Shown here one piece after another: positions 31,601 to 41,996 of a stretch of 64,000 bases of DNA. The notes beneath the pieces are model-generated. The model did not search any database. It worked only from the letters and a program-made list of their open reading frames with translations, and had not been told where the DNA came from. Position numbers and translations under genes: made by a program. Location of the stretch: contig OY970303.1 in NCBI GenBank assembly GCA_963716255.1, positions 2,784,001-2,848,000 on the forward strand, read 5' to 3'. The stretch is from an uncultured Gemmatimonadales bacterium (lineage in GTDB: Bacteria; Gemmatimonadota; Gemmatimonadetes; Longimicrobiales; Longimicrobiaceae). The stretch's first letter is position 1. Every line of letters starts with the position of its first letter.

Positions 31601-32947
31601 CTACGCCACCCTTGCTATCCTCTGCTGCAGATCGGTGGGCGAAACGAACAACATCAAACGCTTGGGTCCTTTTCTTCGCTCGAGCAGACCGACGTCTGCG
31701 AGCTTGAGCAGATCAGCGCGGGCTGTTGCATAGCTGATGCTGTTCGAGTTCTTGTGCGATTCGATCGTGTAGAGGAAACGCGGGTGCTTCATGGCATGCC
31801 GGATGATGGCGAGTTGCCGGGAATTCAGTTGCTCCCGCAAGATTCGAGAGCTCTCGACCAGGAGCCGTGTCTCACGGAGTTCCCGTTGCTTGTCCTCCAA
31901 GTACGTATTCAGCTCCTGGATCGCTCGCAGGGTCACCTTCAGCTGCGACAGGATGAAATACGTGAGATCGTTGTTGTCTGTCTCCGTATACAGGAACGAG
32001 CGCGCATACTTGCTCGGCGCTTTCTTCAAGATTCGGGAAATCGAAATGAACTCACAGAGCCAGTATCCTTGCGAGGCCATGGCCCAATAGAAGATCGCGC
32101 GCGCCGTGCGCCCGTTTCCATCGACGAACGGGTGATCGTACGCGAGCCAGAAATGAAGCGCGATCGCACGCACCACCGGGTGAATGAAGCCGAGGCTATC
32201 GTTTTGGCCATTGGCGAAGTCGCACAGCGCTTGCAAACGATTTCCTAACTCGTCGGCACGCGGTGGCATGTGTAGTATGTTGTTCACCTCGTCCATCACG
32301 CAGATTTCCTCATCCGCTCTGCGCAAACGACCCGCTGCGCTCGGGTCTTCAAGAGTTCCCTCCGTGAGGATCCGCTGGAATTCAAACACCATGCTGGGCG
32401 TGAGCGGGGTCTTCCCCATCCGTCGGATGAATGCCAACGCTTGATAGTTGTTGTAGATCATCCGCTCATCCAGCGTTCGCGGCGCTCGGCCCTGCCGAAT
32501 CATGTCTTTCGCTACTTCTCGTGTCGTAGACGCTCCTTCCAGCTGGCTCGAAGTAATTGCCTCCTCCATCAAACCTTTCAGCAGGTATATGTTGCGAGTC
32601 TCCGGGTCGGTTACCTGTTCATGAGCTTGAATTTGTCCGCTTGCATCGCGGTCGATCTGCATCAGCATCTGCTGTACGATGTCGATGGGCGCAAACCGGA
32701 ACGGCTTCCCTTCCTTATCCCGTATGGGAAGGTGCGCGTATGCAGGCTCGCGAGCCAGCTTCAGTCCGAGCCACCACTCCTCGGAGCTGATGCCTTCTGG
32801 AGGTGGGATATGGCGGAGAGTGTCCCAATGGCGGTATTTCCCATCTGGCGCGGCGCCACGGGCCACCATCATCAGTTCGATGAACCGCTCCGGCTTGATG
32901 GTTCCAATCAGCTCGGGAAGCTGTGGCGGCGAGACGGGGATTTTCAT
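31601..32947 (-). CDS. Fic family protein with C-terminal HTH
   Basis: HPFVDGNGRTAR Fic motif; SSQLEG inhibitory motif; lower GC than flanks. Confidence 0.93.
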   Translation of the reverse strand: MKIPVSPPQLPELIGTIKPERFIELMMVARGAAPDGKYRHWDTLRHIPPPEGISSEEWWLGLKLAREPAYAHLPIRDKEGKPFRFAPIDIVQQMLMQIDRDASGQIQAHEQVTDPETRNIYLLKGLMEEAITSSQLEGASTTREVAKDMIRQGRAPRTLDERMIYNNYQALAFIRRMGKTPLTPSMVFEFQRILTEGTLEDPSAAGRLRRADEEICVMDEVNNILHMPPRADELGNRLQALCDFANGQNDSLGFIHPVVRAIALHFWLAYDHPFVDGNGRTARAIFYWAMASQGYWLCEFISISRILKKAPSKYARSFLYTETDNNDLTYFILSQLKVTLRAIQELNTYLEDKQRELRETRLLVESSRILREQLNSRQLAIIRHAMKHPRFLYTIESHKNSNSISYATARADLLKLADVGLLERRKGPKRLMLFVSPTDLQQRIARVA

Positions 32948-33263
32948 GATCCTCCTGCGTCGGCAGTAGATACTATCAAGATATTATCAGTCCGACCGAA
33001 AATTAACAATAGAGCAGAGTCGTTTGGGTACTGGGCTGAATCCCAAGCTTCTCGCTTCGTCATTATCAACACTCGGGACAACTGATAACAAACTGATAAT
33101 AGTCGCCCTGGCAAAACTGCGGGTCGTAACCTCAAGCGTGGCATCACCCCGAAAACGAACCGGCCCCGCGCCTCGGGTGAGGTGCGGGGCCGGCTGTATC
33201 CGGAGCGGCGGAGTGCAAGCCGGCATCCGCGAGCGGCAGGACATCGAGGTCGGGCAGGAACCC

Positions 33264-33396
33264 GCATGAGGGATTACGGCCCGAAGGGGCGAGACCCGGC
33301 GGCTGTTTGCCGGGGCTCGACTCCGTTGGGCTGCGTTGTTTGCAGCCCTACGGAGCCGAAGCCCGACCCCGGCGCCAGCCGGGGGCACGCCCAACC
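33264..33396 (+). repeat. Family A repeat, copy 4
   Basis: GCATGAGGGATTACGGCCCGAAGGGGCGAGAC...GGGGGCACGCCC. Confidence 0.92.
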
Positions 33397-33407
33397 CAGC
33401 AGTCAAA

Positions 33408-34739
33408 TCAGTCCGCCGCCACCGCCGTCTGCGACTCCTCGTCGCCGTGCACGAATGCGCGCGCCTCCTCGATGGTGTCCGCCACGGTCGCCGCGGCCTC
33501 GCGCACCTGCTCCACGGTGTGCGTCGCCATCACCTGCATGCGGAAGCGCGACCCCTTGAGCGGCACCGCCGGGAACTCCACCAGGTTGGCGAACACGTGC
33601 CGCCCGGCGAGCATGCGCCCGGCGATGCGCGCCGTGGGCGTGTCGCCGATGGGCACCGGGACCACCGCGGACGGCACCCCCAGGCAGTGGATCCCGCGGT
33701 CCGCAAGCAGCCCGCGCAGCGTGCGCACGTTGAGCATCAGCCGCTCGCGCAGCGCGTCGCCCTCCTCCGAGCGGACGATGTCCAGCGCCTCGCGGACCAC
33801 GGTGGCCTGCACCGGCGAGATGGCGTTGGAGAAGATGTGCGGCCCGCCGAACACCCGCACGTACTGCCGCACCGCGGGAGAGCGGGTGGCCAGGTAGCCG
33901 CCGTTGGAGGCGAAGGTCTTGGAGAACGCCCCCATCACCAGGTCCACCTTGCCCAGCATCTCCTGCGCGCCGATGCTACCGGTGCCGCGCGGCCCCAGGG
34001 CGCCGAAGTCGTGGGCCATGTCCACCAGCAGCGTCGCCCCCCACTCGCGGCAGATCTCCTGGAGCTCCTCGATGGCCGGCACGTCCGAGTCCATGGAGAA
34101 GAGCCCTTCGGTGATGACCAGGACGCCGTTGTCCGCGTCGCGCGAGCGGATCTTCATCAGCTTCTCGCGCACCTCGTCGTTCCGGAGGTGGCGGAAGCGG
34201 TGCACGTTGCGGGTGGCGGCGGCCGCCCCGGACTGGAGGCAGGCGTGCGAGAGCACGTCCATCAGCACGTGGTCCGCGGGGCGCACCAGCCCGGTGATGG
34301 TCCCGAAGCCCGCCCCCCAACCGCTGGAGAAGAGGGCGACGTGCGTGGCGTCCAGCGCCTCGGCGATCGCCGCCTCCAGCCGCAGCGAGGGGGCGGTGTT
34401 CCCCACGAACATCCCCGAGCCCGCGCTGTGCGGCCCGTACTCGCGGATGGCGCGGTGCGCCGCCTCGGCGATCGCCGGGTGCGAGGAAAGCCCCAGGTAG
34501 TCCTGCGAGGAGAAGTTGAGGCCGGCCGCCGCCGTCCCGGACTCGTTCCGCACCACGCACTCGGCGGTGGGAGCGTAGTCCAGGCTGCGCGAGTACGGCC
34601 ACAGCCCCATCTCGCGGCGCGCGTCCTGCCACTCGAAGAACGCCTCCGTCCGCTTCAGGAGATCCGGTCCGGTCGGCTGCGCGTATGTACCGACGTGGTG
34701 GGTGAACAGCTCGGTCGCCAGCAGGTCGCGATCGTCCAC
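33408..34739 (-). CDS. Alpha-oxoamine synthase (BioF/Kbl/SPT-family) PLP enzyme
   Basis: NFSSQDYLGL, HACL..G, FRH, EGLFSMDSD, DMAHDFG, GAFSKTF; GGAGG RBS before GTG 34739. Confidence 0.88.
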   Translation of the reverse strand: MDDRDLLATELFTHHVGTYAQPTGPDLLKRTEAFFEWQDARREMGLWPYSRSLDYAPTAECVVRNESGTAAAGLNFSSQDYLGLSSHPAIAEAAHRAIREYGPHSAGSGMFVGNTAPSLRLEAAIAEALDATHVALFSSGWGAGFGTITGLVRPADHVLMDVLSHACLQSGAAAATRNVHRFRHLRNDEVREKLMKIRSRDADNGVLVITEGLFSMDSDVPAIEELQEICREWGATLLVDMAHDFGALGPRGTGSIGAQEMLGKVDLVMGAFSKTFASNGGYLATRSPAVRQYVRVFGGPHIFSNAISPVQATVVREALDIVRSEEGDALRERLMLNVRTLRGLLADRGIHCLGVPSAVVPVPIGDTPTARIAGRMLAGRHVFANLVEFPAVPLKGSRFRMQVMATHTVEQVREAAATVADTIEEARAFVHGDEESQTAVAAD

Positions 34740-35048
34740 GGGGTCCTCCTCCGGGGGGGCGTGTAGGGTGCGGCGGGGAACGGCAGGAGTGGCGCTTGGA
34801 TGGGGCAAGGTTCGGGACTAAATATCTCCTGACTGAAATTATATGGTTGGAAAACTGCGCGTCAATTCACCGCACTGAAATGATCATAATGTGGGTCGTG
34901 GACGCTGTCCAGGGTGCCGTGCGGCGGAGTGGACGCGGTCCACTCCGCTCCCCCTGGCCTCCGTCGGCGACGGACGGGCGAACGAAAGCGCCCGCGGGAG
35001 ACTTTCGTCCCCCGCGGGCGCCCCCTTGCTGCGGTCCGGTATCCCGTC

Positions 35049-35738
35049 CTAGTTGGCCCCGTCCAGCTCCTTGCCGGTGAGCAGGGCGTAGGGGTTCAGC
35101 GGAGTCCCCTTCCACCACTGCCGCGCATCGTTCAGCAGCGACACGGAAAAGTGCAGGTGGAAGTCGCCCGGCTGGGCGTTGCCCGTGTCGCCCACGTACC
35201 CGATCACGTCGCCGCGCCTGACCCGCTGCCCCTCGGCCAGGCCGTCGGCGTAGCGCTCCAGGTGCGCGTAGTAGTACCGGGTGCGCCCGTCCTCGTCCAG
35301 GTGGTAGATGGAGTTTCCGCCCAGCGCCCCCTGGTGCAGCCGGACGATGCGGCCGGCGGCGACGGCCACTACCGGGGTGCCCTTGGGCGCGTGGATGTCG
35401 ATGGCCTCGTGCGTGCGCCCGCCGGAGCGCCCCTCCTGGAACGAGTCGCGCAGGCTGGAGACGCGGACCCCCTGCACGGGGATCGCCATGCCGGTGAGGC
35501 GGGACAGGTACTCCAGCCGCGGCGTGCCCAGCAGGCGGCCCACCAGGCTGGGGCGGTCGCGCTCGGCCGGGCGCGACTGCGCGGCGAGCGGCGCGACCCC
35601 GCAGAGCAGCGCCAGCGCGCCGCAGAGCACGGCGGAGCGGGCGGCGATGCGCGGAGCCCGGCGGGGGGAAGCTTCGGTCTGGGCGGGGAGGAAACGAACG
35701 GAGACGGACGCGCGGAGCGTGCGGAGGTCTGAGTGCAT
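35049..35738 (-). CDS. M23 family metallopeptidase
   Basis: HEAIDI.A..GTPV, YYYAHL, GDVIGYVGDTGNA...HLHF; start uncertain. Confidence 0.88.
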   Translation of the reverse strand: MHSDLRTLRASVSVRFLPAQTEASPRRAPRIAARSAVLCGALALLCGVAPLAAQSRPAERDRPSLVGRLLGTPRLEYLSRLTGMAIPVQGVRVSSLRDSFQEGRSGGRTHEAIDIHAPKGTPVVAVAAGRIVRLHQGALGGNSIYHLDEDGRTRYYYAHLERYADGLAEGQRVRRGDVIGYVGDTGNAQPGDFHLHFSVSLLNDARQWWKGTPLNPYALLTGKELDGAN

Positions 35739-35754
35739 TTCTTCGGGAGCTTTG

Positions 35755-35850
35755 ATCGGCCCGACTGGCGTGGCGGCGCTCGATGGCGCGCGCGGTAGCC
35801 TCGGAGCTTTGCGTCCCCGCCTTTCGACGGGTTTGCCGTTCGCGGATGGC
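35755..35850 (-). ncRNA. c-di-GMP-I (GEMM) riboswitch upstream of the M23 peptidase
   Basis: Minus strand GGCAAACCCGUCGAAAGGCGGGGACGCAAAGCUCCGAGGCUAC...ACGCCAGUCGGGCCG matches the GEMM P2 (GNRA loop)/GCAAAGC/P3 architecture. Confidence 0.85.
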
Positions 35851-35954
35851 CCGGCGAGGGTGCCGGTATGGGAGTGTGGCTGAGAGGCTACCAGGATACT
35901 TCGTGGACGGGGCGGGCGCAAGCACCTGCAAACAAGTTGCAGCGCCGCAACGCC

Positions 35955-36731
35955 TTAGCTGGGCGGCTCGGCGTCTCCCGCGGGGTCCTGGCGGTAGAAC
36001 GACGCCAGCTCGGCGTACAGCTCGGGGTGTTTGCGGAGGAGCGCGAGGGGCTTCTCGAAGAAGGCTTCCGTGGCCACGGCGAAGAACTCGGCGGGGTCCG
36101 TGGCCCCGTAGTCGTCCAGCACGGAGCGCCGGCCCGCGGCCGCGTCGCGGCGCAGCTCCAGGTACTCGGCGGCGAAGACCCGCGCCCAGGCCCGGTACGC
36201 CGACGCGCCCTCCAGCTCGGGAACGCCGTCCACCCCGCCGCCCTCCAGGTCCAGCTGGTGGGCGAACTCGTGGAACACCACGTTGTGCCCGTCGCGCAGG
36301 TCGCGCGCCCCGGCCCGCACGTCGCCCCAGGAGAGCACCACGGCGCCGCTGCTCCACGACTCCCCCAGCCGCGCCTCCGGTCCCTCGGTGACCACGCCGC
36401 CGTCGGCGGAGCGGTGCTCGGCCACGTAGGCGGCGGGATACACCACCACGGAGCGCATGCGGGGGTAGTAGTCGGTGTCGCGGTGCAGGAGGAGCACGCA
36501 GGCCTGCGCGGCGACGGTCACGCGCACCTCGTCCGTCATCTCCAGCCCGCCCGCGCCCTCGAAGCTCTTTTCCTCCACGAACACCCGGACGTGCCCCTCC
36601 AGCTCGCGGCGGTCCTCCGCCGGGAGCCGCCCGTACAGCGGGAAGCCGCGCTCCAGGATCGCCCGCCACTCCGCGGGAAAGGGCTCGGCCCGCAGCCGCT
36701 CGCGCCGCCGGTCCCTGAGGAAGCCGAACAC
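35955..36731 (-). CDS. Zinc-dependent peptidase M90 (MtfA family)
   Basis: VAAQAC.L, GESW..GAVVLSW, NVVFHEFAHQLD, YGATDPAEFFAVATEAFFE. Confidence 0.92.
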   Translation of the reverse strand: MFGFLRDRRRERLRAEPFPAEWRAILERGFPLYGRLPAEDRRELEGHVRVFVEEKSFEGAGGLEMTDEVRVTVAAQACVLLLHRDTDYYPRMRSVVVYPAAYVAEHRSADGGVVTEGPEARLGESWSSGAVVLSWGDVRAGARDLRDGHNVVFHEFAHQLDLEGGGVDGVPELEGASAYRAWARVFAAEYLELRRDAAAGRRSVLDDYGATDPAEFFAVATEAFFEKPLALLRKHPELYAELASFYRQDPAGDAEPPS

Positions 36732-36735
36732 GGGC

Positions 36736-38049
36736 CTACCTCGTGAGCCGGTAGATGAGCAGCGCCGCGCGCCTGGTCTGCGCGGGGAGCGTGGCCAGGT
36801 CCATGGTCTCGTCCACGGTGTGGGAGCCGGAGCCGTACACGCCCATCCCGGCGAGCGCCGCGCCCACGTACGGCGCCACGAACGACACGTCGGCGGCGCC
36901 GCGGCGGCCGGGGTCGAACGCTTCCATCTGCGGGAGGCCGAGGTCGCGGTTGACGGTGTTGAGGACCGCGAGGAGCGCGGTGTTGCCCGGGGTGGGCGGC
37001 ATGGAGGGGTACCCCTCGGAAAAGGTGATCTCCGCGGAGGTCTGAGGCAGGTGCCGCGCGACGATGGCGCGCATCCGCTCGCGGGTGCGCCGGAGCTGCT
37101 CGTCGGTGAGGGTGCGGATGTCGCCGGTGGCCACGGCGCGCGCGGCGATCACGTTGTCCTTGCCGGCCGCCGTGCCGCGCGTTCCCTCGGCGTCGGCGTC
37201 GGCCGTGGTGCCGCCCACGATCATGCCGGGGCTGAAGGTCAGGTACGGCTCGCCGCGCAGCTCCTCGTGGAAGGCGGCCAGGATGCGCGCCGCCTCGTAG
37301 ATGGCGCCGCTCCCCGCCCCCGGCTGGAAGATCCCGGAGGAGTGCCCCGGCCGCCCCGTCACCTCCAGCCTCCACCCGGTGGAGGAGCGCCGGGCGGTGA
37401 CGGCGAAGTCGCGGTCGTCGCCGCGGGAGGCGCCCTCGAACTCCAGCGCCACGTCGCTGCGCCTGCCGGCCTCCACCAGGTCGCGCCGGGCCAGCTCCAG
37501 CGGGTTCCCGGGGCTTTCCTCGTCGCCGGTGAGCGCCACCACGATCCGCGTCCCCTCCAGCGCCCCGGCGGCGTGCAGCGCCCGGAGCGCCTCCAGGATG
37601 ACAACGTCGCCCCCCTTCATGTCGGACACGCCGGGGCCGCGGGCGGTGTCGCCCTGGCGGGTGAAGCGCTGGAAGGGGGAGTCCTCCTCGAATACCGTGT
37701 CCAGGTGGCCGATGAGGAGGACCCGCTTGCCGCGGCTCCCCCGCCGCTCGGCGAACAGGTGCCCGGCGCGCCCCATGGAGTCGGGCATTGCCACCCAGCG
37801 CGTCTCGAAGCCCATGGCCTCCAGCTCGCGCCGCGCGATGTCGCCCACGCGGCGCACGCCGGCGGGGTTCTGGGTGCCGCTGTTGACGTTCACCATCCGC
37901 TCCAGCAGCGCGACCGCGCTGTCGGCGCGGGCGTCCACGTGCGCGGCGATGCGCTGCTCCTGCGGCGACAGGCGCTGGGCGGCCGCGGGAGCGGCCAGGG
38001 CGGCCGCCACCAGCAGGGCGGCGGGGAGGAGCAGGGCAGAGCGGGTCAT
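36736..38049 (-). CDS. M20 family peptidase (glutamate carboxypeptidase-like)
   Basis: LLIGHLDTVF, GPGVSDMKGG, GDEE, GHSS, GSHT.DE; signal peptide. Confidence 0.92.
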   Translation of the reverse strand: MTRSALLLPAALLVAAALAAPAAAQRLSPQEQRIAAHVDARADSAVALLERMVNVNSGTQNPAGVRRVGDIARRELEAMGFETRWVAMPDSMGRAGHLFAERRGSRGKRVLLIGHLDTVFEEDSPFQRFTRQGDTARGPGVSDMKGGDVVILEALRALHAAGALEGTRIVVALTGDEESPGNPLELARRDLVEAGRRSDVALEFEGASRGDDRDFAVTARRSSTGWRLEVTGRPGHSSGIFQPGAGSGAIYEAARILAAFHEELRGEPYLTFSPGMIVGGTTADADAEGTRGTAAGKDNVIAARAVATGDIRTLTDEQLRRTRERMRAIVARHLPQTSAEITFSEGYPSMPPTPGNTALLAVLNTVNRDLGLPQMEAFDPGRRGAADVSFVAPYVGAALAGMGVYGSGSHTVDETMDLATLPAQTRRAALLIYRLTR

Positions 38050-38094
38050 GGGCGTTTCCCGGGAGCGGCGGACGGCGGGGGTGCGCCCCCCAAT

Positions 38095-39855
38095 CTAGCC
38101 GCGCCGCGCCCCCGCGGAAGCCGCCCGCCCGCGCCGATGCTTGGGTGCGTCCGCGGGTGGCGGGGGCGGCACGTGCGGGGCGGCCGGGGCGGGCGCTTCC
38201 CCGGTGCGCAGCCCGCCCACCAGCTCGCGCAGCGCGCCGGCGCTCTCCAGCAGCCGCCCGGTGGCCTCGCTCACCTGCCCGCAGGCACCTTCCTGCTGCA
38301 CCGTGGCGGCCTGCACCCCCTCGGCGGCCTCGGCGTGGGCCTCGGCGGTGCGGGCCACCGCGGCCTCGCTCACCCCGGCGGCGGCCAGGCGGGTGCGCTC
38401 CGCCGCGGCCGCGATCCCCGAGAGCGCTTCCTCCATGGCGTGCGCCACCCGCTCGATCTCGTCCACCTGCCCGGCCCCGGCGGCCATGGCGCGGGTGGCG
38501 CTCGCCACCCGCGCGGTCACCGCCTGGGTGATGCGGGTGACGCTTTCCGCGCCGTCGCGGGCCTCGCCCGCCAGCTTGCGGACCTCCTCGGCCACCACGG
38601 CGAAGCCGCGCCCGTGCTCGCCGGAGCGGGCCGCCTCGATGGCGGCGTTGAGCCCAAGAAGGTTGGTCTGCTCGGCGATGCGGTTCACCATGTCCACGAA
38701 CGAGGTGATGTCCGCCACCGAGGCGTGCAGCGCCGTGGTCTCGGCGGCGGCGGCCTGCACCGAGCCCTTGACCAGGAGGAGCACGTCCAGGGTGCGCGCG
38801 GTCTCGTCGCGCCGGGCCTGGGCCGTTGCCTCGATGGAGGCGGCGAGCTCCGTCACCTCGCGCACCTCAGCGGCGACGCGCTCGGCCTGGCGCAGCATGG
38901 CCGCCAGCGCCTCGTCCACCCGGCGCAGCTCGGCCACCTGCCCCGCCGCGCCCTGCGACACCCCGGCGATGGAGCGGGCCACCTCGCCCACGGCCTCCGC
39001 CAGCCCGGCGGCCACGCCCTGCAGCTCGCGCGCGGAGGCGGCGATCCCGTCCGCGGCGCCCGCCGTCCCCGCCCCGATGCGGCCCAGCGACTCGCTGGTG
39101 CGGTTCATGGCCGTGGCCAGGATCCCCAGCTCGCTGGGGAGGCGGCCGCCGGTGCGGGCGGTGAGGTCGCCCTCGCTGAGCCGCCCGGCGTGGCCGGCCA
39201 GAGCCTCCAGCGGCGCGGAGATGGAGCGCACCACCACCGCCACCACCGCCCCGGCGATCCCCAGCGCGCACAGGAGCAGGGTCACCAGCAGCGTGGCGCG
39301 GCGCAGCGTCTCGTCCTCCAGGCGGGCCGCGGTCTCGGCCACGCGCTGCCCCTTGACCTGCGCCAGCCGCTCCAGGTCGCCCAGCATGGCGGCCTCGGTG
39401 GCGCGGGCGCTGTCGGTCTGCGCGCGCGACTCGGCCAGCCGCCCCAGCTCCCCCAGCCGCCGCGCCATGACGTAGCGCACCTCGGCGTCGGAGAGCGCCT
39501 GGTCGATTCCCACCACCAGCGCCACCTCCTCGCGGGTCTGCCCGGGGCGGCGGCGGAGGACGCGGTGGGTGCGGTGCGTCTGCCAGCGCAGCGAGTCGAA
39601 GCTGGCGGCGGCGCCCGGGTCTGTCTGCTCGATGTAGCGGGCCGCCACGGCGATCTCCCGCGCCACGTCGGTGGCGAGGCGGGTGGAAAGGCGGGCGTCC
39701 TGCTCCACCCCGCCCAGCGCCTCGCGGATGGTGCCGGAGGTGGCCGTCATGGAGCGCCACCCCAGCACGCCCGCCGCCAGGAGCAGCGCCACCAGGACTC
39801 CGAACCCCATGAACAGGCGGGTGCGGATGCTGTAGTGCCGGATCACCTCGCTCAT
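38095..39855 (-). CDS. Methyl-accepting chemotaxis protein
   Basis: Two TM segments, [41 protein letters not shown]. Confidence 0.93.
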   Translation of the reverse strand: MSEVIRHYSIRTRLFMGFGVLVALLLAAGVLGWRSMTATSGTIREALGGVEQDARLSTRLATDVAREIAVAARYIEQTDPGAAASFDSLRWQTHRTHRVLRRRPGQTREEVALVVGIDQALSDAEVRYVMARRLGELGRLAESRAQTDSARATEAAMLGDLERLAQVKGQRVAETAARLEDETLRRATLLVTLLLCALGIAGAVVAVVVRSISAPLEALAGHAGRLSEGDLTARTGGRLPSELGILATAMNRTSESLGRIGAGTAGAADGIAASARELQGVAAGLAEAVGEVARSIAGVSQGAAGQVAELRRVDEALAAMLRQAERVAAEVREVTELAASIEATAQARRDETARTLDVLLLVKGSVQAAAAETTALHASVADITSFVDMVNRIAEQTNLLGLNAAIEAARSGEHGRGFAVVAEEVRKLAGEARDGAESVTRITQAVTARVASATRAMAAGAGQVDEIERVAHAMEEALSGIAAAAERTRLAAAGVSEAAVARTAEAHAEAAEGVQAATVQQEGACGQVSEATGRLLESAGALRELVGGLRTGEAPAPAAPHVPPPPPADAPKHRRGRAASAGARRG

Positions 39856-40928
39856 CGGGCACCTCCCACGGGGCGGAGGGTGCCGCCGCGCGCCTGGGTC
39901 ATCACGAAGCGGGCCGTTTCGGGGTCGCCGTTGGCGGCGAAGCGGATGTCGCCGGTGACGCCGGCGTAGGCATCGTCGCCACGGACGCGGGCCAGGTAGT
40001 CGCGCACGGCGCCGCGGTCTGCGCCCACCTCGCGCACCGCCTTCACCAGCAGGCGGGTGGCGTCGTAGGCCATGGCGGCGTTGGCGTCGGGCTCCTCGCC
40101 GTAGCGGGCGCGGAAGGCGGCCACGAAGCGGCGCGCCTCGGGGCGAGGGTCGTGGATGCTGAAGGGGACGGCGATGTACGCCCCCTGGGCGGCCGTGTCG
40201 GACGCGATCCCCGTCCACCCGTCGCCACTCAGCCAGCGCGGGCGGAAGCCCTGCCGCTGTGCCTCGCGGAGCAGCGCGCGCCCGGAGCCCTCGGTTCCGG
40301 CGACGAAGATCAGGTCCGGGGCGACGCGGGCGTAGTAGGAGACGAAGGGCTCGACCTTGCTCCCGTCGCCGGCGATGGGGTCCACCCCCACCAGCACGCC
40401 CTTGTAGGCGGCGCGGAAGGCCTGGGCCAGGTCGCGCCCGTACACGTTGTTCTCGTAGAGCACGGCGGCGCGGCGCGTCCCCAGCTGCGCCGCGAAGCGC
40501 GCGAGCATGGCGCCGTTGACGGAGTCGTTGGTGGTGACGCGGAACACCCAGGGCGAGATGCCGGTGATCTCGGGCGAGGTGGCGCTGGGGGCGATGGCGA
40601 CCAGCCCGTGGTCGTAGAGCGGGGCCGCGCCCACCATGCCGCCGGAGTTGGCGTGGCCCACCACGCCCACCACGCGCGGGTCGTCCAGGAACTCCTGGGC
40701 GATGGCCGCGGCGCGCACGCCGTCGCCGCCGTCGTCGCGGGCGACGACCTGCACGGCGAGGCCGCCCTTCGCGCTCTCCTCCGCGGCCGCCATCTCGACG
40801 GCGCGCCGGACCATCCGTGCGTAGCCTTCCTGCCAGGGACCCGCCGTCCCGATGGCGACGGTGCCCTGTGTGCGCCCGCAGCCGGACGCCGCGACGCACA
40901 GGGACACCGCGATCAAGAGACCGCGCAT
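39852..40928 (-). CDS. LivJ/LivK-type periplasmic substrate-binding lipoprotein
   Basis: Lipobox [48 protein letters not shown]; overlaps the MCP start. Confidence 0.9.
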   Translation of the reverse strand: MRGLLIAVSLCVAASGCGRTQGTVAIGTAGPWQEGYARMVRRAVEMAAAEESAKGGLAVQVVARDDGGDGVRAAAIAQEFLDDPRVVGVVGHANSGGMVGAAPLYDHGLVAIAPSATSPEITGISPWVFRVTTNDSVNGAMLARFAAQLGTRRAAVLYENNVYGRDLAQAFRAAYKGVLVGVDPIAGDGSKVEPFVSYYARVAPDLIFVAGTEGSGRALLREAQRQGFRPRWLSGDGWTGIASDTAAQGAYIAVPFSIHDPRPEARRFVAAFRARYGEEPDANAAMAYDATRLLVKAVREVGADRGAVRDYLARVRGDDAYAGVTGDIRFAANGDPETARFVMTQARGGTLRPVGGAR

Positions 40929-41314
40929 GGACTCCTCGCTAACCTGTGGGGTGAACCGAAGGGAGTGGGCTGCGAATGTCCGCGGGCCGCACGGGGGACG
41001 AGCACTACCTCCGCGCGGAAACGGCGGAGCCATGCCAGCGCCTGTCCCGATGTGCCCGGTCGGCGGGGAACGCCGCGGGCGGGACGCAACCAGCCGGCTG
41101 GGCGGCGGAGGGCTGCCCGGAATCGCACCGGCGGGGACAGGATGGATGGAAACGGTGAAAATAAGTCGGATTCCGTGCTGCGTCAAATCCGCCACGAAAT
41201 TCACTCGCGCGGACCGCGCCCGGATGATGGAACGCGGGGGCCCCGCCCGTGGTACGCTGTGGGCTGCACGTGTGCTTTCCCCGCGATCCAGGAACCCGCA
41301 GTCCCGGGTGGTCG

Positions 41315-41701
41315 ATGAGGTGGTACGCACTGTTCGCCGTGTCCTCGCTCGCGGTGCTCTCCGCGGTGCTGATCCTGGCCGACGCCGTGTCCGTCGCCGC
41401 CCGCGGCTGGCTGCGCCGACGGAAGCGCCGGCGCGGCACCTACGGCGTGGTGCTGGACGGCCCCGGCAACGTCCTGGGGATCTACCTGGACCCCTTCGCG
41501 GAGCACCTGCAGGGCGCCCGCGTGCACACCGGCGACTCGCCCTGGACCCCCCCCGGCCCCGACCCCTGGAGCGGCTGGGCGTGGGAGGGCTTCGGCGAAA
41601 CGGTGGACGAGGCCCGCGCCGAGGCGAACCGGTTGCGCCGCCGCTATTTGCAGCTGCTCCCCTGGCTGGACGGCGCGGAGGAGGAGCCGGCGGATTTCTA
41701 G
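41315..41701 (+). CDS. Hypothetical membrane-anchored protein
   Basis: N-terminal TM helix followed by a basic stop-transfer segment; host-like codon use. Confidence 0.6.
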   Translation: MRWYALFAVSSLAVLSAVLILADAVSVAARGWLRRRKRRRGTYGVVLDGPGNVLGIYLDPFAEHLQGARVHTGDSPWTPPGPDPWSGWAWEGFGETVDEARAEANRLRRRYLQLLPWLDGAEEEPADF

Positions 41702-41707
41702 GGGAGA

Positions 41708-41804
41708 GGGAACAGGGGACAGGGGACAGCCTGCGACGGCCCCCACCCGGCTCGCTTGAGGCTCGCACGGCTTTCCCCCTATATCCCCCAATTCTGGGAG
41801 AGGG
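41708..41804 (+). repeat. Heptamers plus family B palindrome
   Basis: GGGAACAGGGGACAGGGGACAG...CCCCACCCGGCTCGCTTGAGGCTCGC...CCCCCAATTCTGGGAGAGGG. Confidence 0.75.
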
Positions 41805-41850
41805 CTTCCTGTCGTTCGTAGTTCTCGTCGTACCCGTAAAAAAGATGTGC

Positions 41851-41970
41851 GGAGGGAGACTCACGCGGCCGTTTGCGTGAGGCTCCCTCCGGCGAGGGGA
41901 GACACCGGGGCTGTTTCCGGTGGCTCCCGGAGCCCGCGGAGGAGACGGGCGGCAGTATCGTCCGGCTCCG
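41851..41970 (+). repeat. Three tandem GAGAC-stem-GGCNGT(T/A)T-stem-GGCTC hairpins (module shared with family A)
   Basis: Stems TCACGC/GCGTGA, ACCGG/CCGGT and GGGC(G)/CGTCC around loops GGCCGTTT, GGCTGTTT and GGCAGTAT. Confidence 0.75.
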
Positions 41971-41996
41971 TAGCGGCCCGCCTCAGCGCAATGAAC

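Noticed and set aside
33161..33192. GC-rich hairpin CGGCCCCGCGCCTC-GGGT-GAGGTGCGGGGCCG
   Set aside because: Most simply a terminator for the upstream minus-strand gene; single copy with no further evidence
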